A DNA stretch of 64,000 bases from an uncultured Verrucomicrobiae bacterium (GTDB lineage Bacteria; Verrucomicrobiota; Verrucomicrobiia; Chthoniobacterales; UBA10450). Under the pieces are notes generated by a model. That model was not told where the DNA came from, did no database searches, and saw nothing but the letters and a program-made list of their open reading frames with translations. Positions 61,711 through 64,000 of this stretch are shown in pieces. Made by a program: the position numbers and the translations under genes. The stretch covers positions 224,001-288,000 of the forward strand of contig CAVSDR010000003.1 of assembly GCA_963726745.1 (NCBI GenBank), read 5' to 3'. Position 1 is the stretch's first letter. Each line of letters starts with the position of its first letter.

Positions 61711-62853
61711 ATGCCCGCGCTCACTTTTTCTTCGCCGCTCCGGCCGGATAAAACCACTGCGATTGCCTTCGCGGCGGTCGGGCTCCTCGGGCTGGCGGAA
61801 CTGGCCGCGGTGGGCATTCACTACCTCGCGCAACGCCGGGCCGCGGCGCCGACTGCGGCCGTGGTCACGGAGGAAAACTCGCCCGCGGCCCCGCCGATCG
61901 CGGCCGATCCCGGCACGGCGGCGCCCAGCACGCCAGTCGCGGCGCCGGCGGCAATCGCCTCCACGCCGAGCAACGCCGCGCTGTCCGTCGCCGACAAGCT
62001 GCTCAAGGAAGCAGCGCAATTGCGCGAACGCGGCGATACTACCAACGCCCTCGCGCGCCTGCAGGACGCGGCCCAGCGCGATGGCAAAAACGCCAACGTG
62101 CTCGCGGAAATGGCGATGATCTACGAGTCCATCGGGCTTTTCGATCGGTCGAGCGAGACCTGGAAAAAGATCTCCGAGATCGGTCCTTCCGCCGGCGCGC
62201 TCTACGAGCTCGCACAGTTGAAACTCAAGGTCGGCGTGGCCCCGGCCAACGTCGCCGCGACCACTGCCGCCGGGCCGGGATTTGCCGGCGTTTCCCCGCT
62301 CGATGCCGGCGCCGCCCGGGTCGATCGCGAGGGCATTCCGGACGGCTCGACCTTTGGGATTACCGAGGCTGCGATCACGGAAAATCCCGACCCGGATGCG
62401 GAGACGAACCTGACCCTGCGGGTGGGCGTGAAAGTGCGCCCGAATACGCTGATCGATCACACGAAGGTGAAGATTCAGGTCTACTTCTACGACGCGCTCG
62501 ATGATAACAAGATGGCGCTGACCGATGCCGAGGTGAGCTACGAATGGATCACGCCGAACCATGACTGGAAGAACACCAACCCCGAGATCCTGGCCGTGAG
62601 TTACCTGCGGATGAAGAACGGCGCGATCTCCTCCGAGGCCGCGCTGGCCGAGGCCGCGGCCGCGGTGCGCCCACCCGTCGGCGGACGCAAGGCCACGAGC
62701 ACAAGGAAGCCATCGGCGGATTCCGCGAACCGCAAATACGCGGGCTACCAGGTGCGGGTTTATTACAACGACCAGCTCCAGGACGTGCGCGCCGAGCCGA
62801 CGAAATTGCTCAATCTTTTCCCGCCACCTCTCACCCTCACCGCCTCGCAGTAA
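61711..62853 (+). CDS. Membrane-anchored TPR-containing hypothetical protein
   Basis: N-terminal TM, Pro/Ala linker, TPR-like helices, beta-rich C-domain. Confidence 0.75.
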   Translation: MPALTFSSPLRPDKTTAIAFAAVGLLGLAELAAVGIHYLAQRRAAAPTAAVVTEENSPAAPPIAADPGTAAPSTPVAAPAAIASTPSNAALSVADKLLKEAAQLRERGDTTNALARLQDAAQRDGKNANVLAEMAMIYESIGLFDRSSETWKKISEIGPSAGALYELAQLKLKVGVAPANVAATTAAGPGFAGVSPLDAGAARVDREGIPDGSTFGITEAAITENPDPDAETNLTLRVGVKVRPNTLIDHTKVKIQVYFYDALDDNKMALTDAEVSYEWITPNHDWKNTNPEILAVSYLRMKNGAISSEAALAEAAAAVRPPVGGRKATSTRKPSADSANRKYAGYQVRVYYNDQLQDVRAEPTKLLNLFPPPLTLTASQ

Positions 62854-63611
62854 TGCAATTGCTCATCGTGCACGACGATCCCGAGGTCGGCGGGCAACTG
62901 CTCCAGATGGTGAAGGATTACACCGAGCACCATTGCGGTTTTGCCGCTTCCGACGCGGCCGCGCTCGACTGGGCCCGCGGGGTCTCGCGCTGCTCGCTCC
63001 TGATCACCCAGCTGCGCGGCGAGAAAGTGGACGGCTTCTCGTTAGGCGGCGCGCTCAGCGAGATGTTTGCCGGTTTGCAGACGATGTTTCTGCCGGCCTA
63101 CGCGAGTGCGGACCGGCGGATCGATCTCTCGCAGAGCAAGGTTTTCCCGGAGCCGATCGACGGCGAGCGGCTCTTGCACGCGATCGCGCGCGCGGAGGAG
63201 CAACGCCAGACCGGACTCGATCTCTACCACGCGGTCGACGTGCTCCAAATGTGCTGCCTAAGCGGACGCGACGGCGCGCTCCAGTTTGTGAAAGGCTCGC
63301 AGACCGCGATGGTTTTCCTCAAGGCCGGCCAGATCGTCCATGCGGAACGCGGAGCCGCGCGCGATGCGGAAGCGTTGTTTGAACTCGCCGGCTGGGAAGC
63401 GGTCGAATTCGCCTATGACCAATACGTGCGCCCGCCTGCAGAGACGATCGCCGGCCGCTGGGACGAATCGCTCCTGCCCGCGGTCGCGCGCCGTAAACCT
63501 ACGGTCGTCGGCGCGGCCCCGGCCAAGCCCGCCCCTGCGCCTGCGCCTGCCGCGCCCCCGGCTCCGGCACCCGCGCCGAAGAGTCGCTGGGGTATTTTCG
63601 GCTCGCGTTAA
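62853..63611 (+). CDS. Atypical receiver domain plus DUF4388/PATAN-like domain
   Basis: 'LLIVHDDP', 'LLITQL', 'VDGF.L'; 'DVLQMCCL..RDG.L.......VFLK.GQIVHA...ALFEL..W....F'. Confidence 0.8.
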   Translation: MQLLIVHDDPEVGGQLLQMVKDYTEHHCGFAASDAAALDWARGVSRCSLLITQLRGEKVDGFSLGGALSEMFAGLQTMFLPAYASADRRIDLSQSKVFPEPIDGERLLHAIARAEEQRQTGLDLYHAVDVLQMCCLSGRDGALQFVKGSQTAMVFLKAGQIVHAERGAARDAEALFELAGWEAVEFAYDQYVRPPAETIAGRWDESLLPAVARRKPTVVGAAPAKPAPAPAPAAPPAPAPAPKSRWGIFGSR

Positions 63612-63704
63612 GCGCGCCGAAAGCGCCGGCTAAAATCGAGCCGGCCAATTCGCCGCGCGGCCCACGCTTTTTTCTCCGGCCAGATGCATTACACTAACGC
63701 CCCG

Positions 63705-64000
63705 ATGAAGTTCCTCCTCGCTTGCACCGCCGCCCTTGTGCTCTGGGCTGCGACTGCGCAGGCGCAAATCCAGGTGGACTTGAAATTCAAGCGCGTGCAA
63801 CACATCGCCTACGAGCCGGTCGTGGCCACGGTCACGATCACCAACTTCGCCGGGCGCGACATCGAGCTGCACGACGACGGCAGCCAGCGTTGGTTCGGCT
63901 TCGAAATTACCGCCGACGAGGGCCGCTTCCTCCCGCAGGACGCGCGCGCTGCGCAGCCGCCCTTGAAGATCGCCGCCGGGCAAACCGTGACCCAGAAGGT
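63705..64000 (+). CDS. Secreted hypothetical protein, 3'-truncated by window edge
   Basis: ATG 63705: MKFLLACTAALVLWAATAQAQIQVDLKFKRVQHIAYEPVVATVTITN..., open to the end; not in the supplied ORF track. Confidence 0.75.
   Translation, partial: MKFLLACTAALVLWAATAQAQIQVDLKFKRVQHIAYEPVVATVTITNFAGRDIELHDDGSQRWFGFEITADEGRFLPQDARAAQPPLKIAAGQTVTQK

Larger units (their letters stand above)
1403..63633. repeat. Dispersed over-represented oligomer family CTAACGAG / GYYGGCTAA (both strands)
   Basis: Hand count: at least 27 exact CTAACGAG/CTCGTTAG and at least 24 GYYGGCTAA/TTAGCCRRC sites; positions are listed in the findings. Confidence 0.8.

Overview
GC-rich bacterial chromosomal segment. The gene content points to Verrucomicrobiota, probably a Chthoniobacterales/Spartobacteria-like organism (inference from the PEP-CTERM protein, 'RLANISTR'-type C-terminal domains, dockerin-tailed secreted proteins and eukaryote/archaea-type ProRS). 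Housekeeping genes (rsmI, rplU-rpmA, adk, fmt, pyrH, frr, proS, rplM-rpsI, lysS, putA, ltaE) are interspersed with many secreted or surface proteins. No tRNA, rRNA, CRISPR array or transposase was seen. At least seven small frameshifts in otherwise intact genes look like long-read indel errors. Two things stand out. (1) A ~15 kb divergent redox locus at 42.8-58.0 kb has three multiheme c-type cytochromes (5, 4 and 10 CXXCH), a cyclic-nucleotide-binding/4x[4Fe-4S] protein, a His-rich membrane protein, an FAD/NAD(P)H-[2Fe-2S] reductase, a probable outer-membrane beta-barrel and its own System II cytochrome maturation genes. It may be a cNMP-responsive trans-envelope electron conduit. (2) A dispersed DNA motif family is strongly over-represented: CTAACGAG and GYYGGCTAA, overlapping as GYYGGCTAACGAG. 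It occurs on both strands, in several reading frames, and forces rare codons. Also notable are a DES1-like sphingolipid desaturase read in frame with an SDR, a matrixin/small secreted protein/matrixin triad, and three different C-terminal surface-sorting modules.
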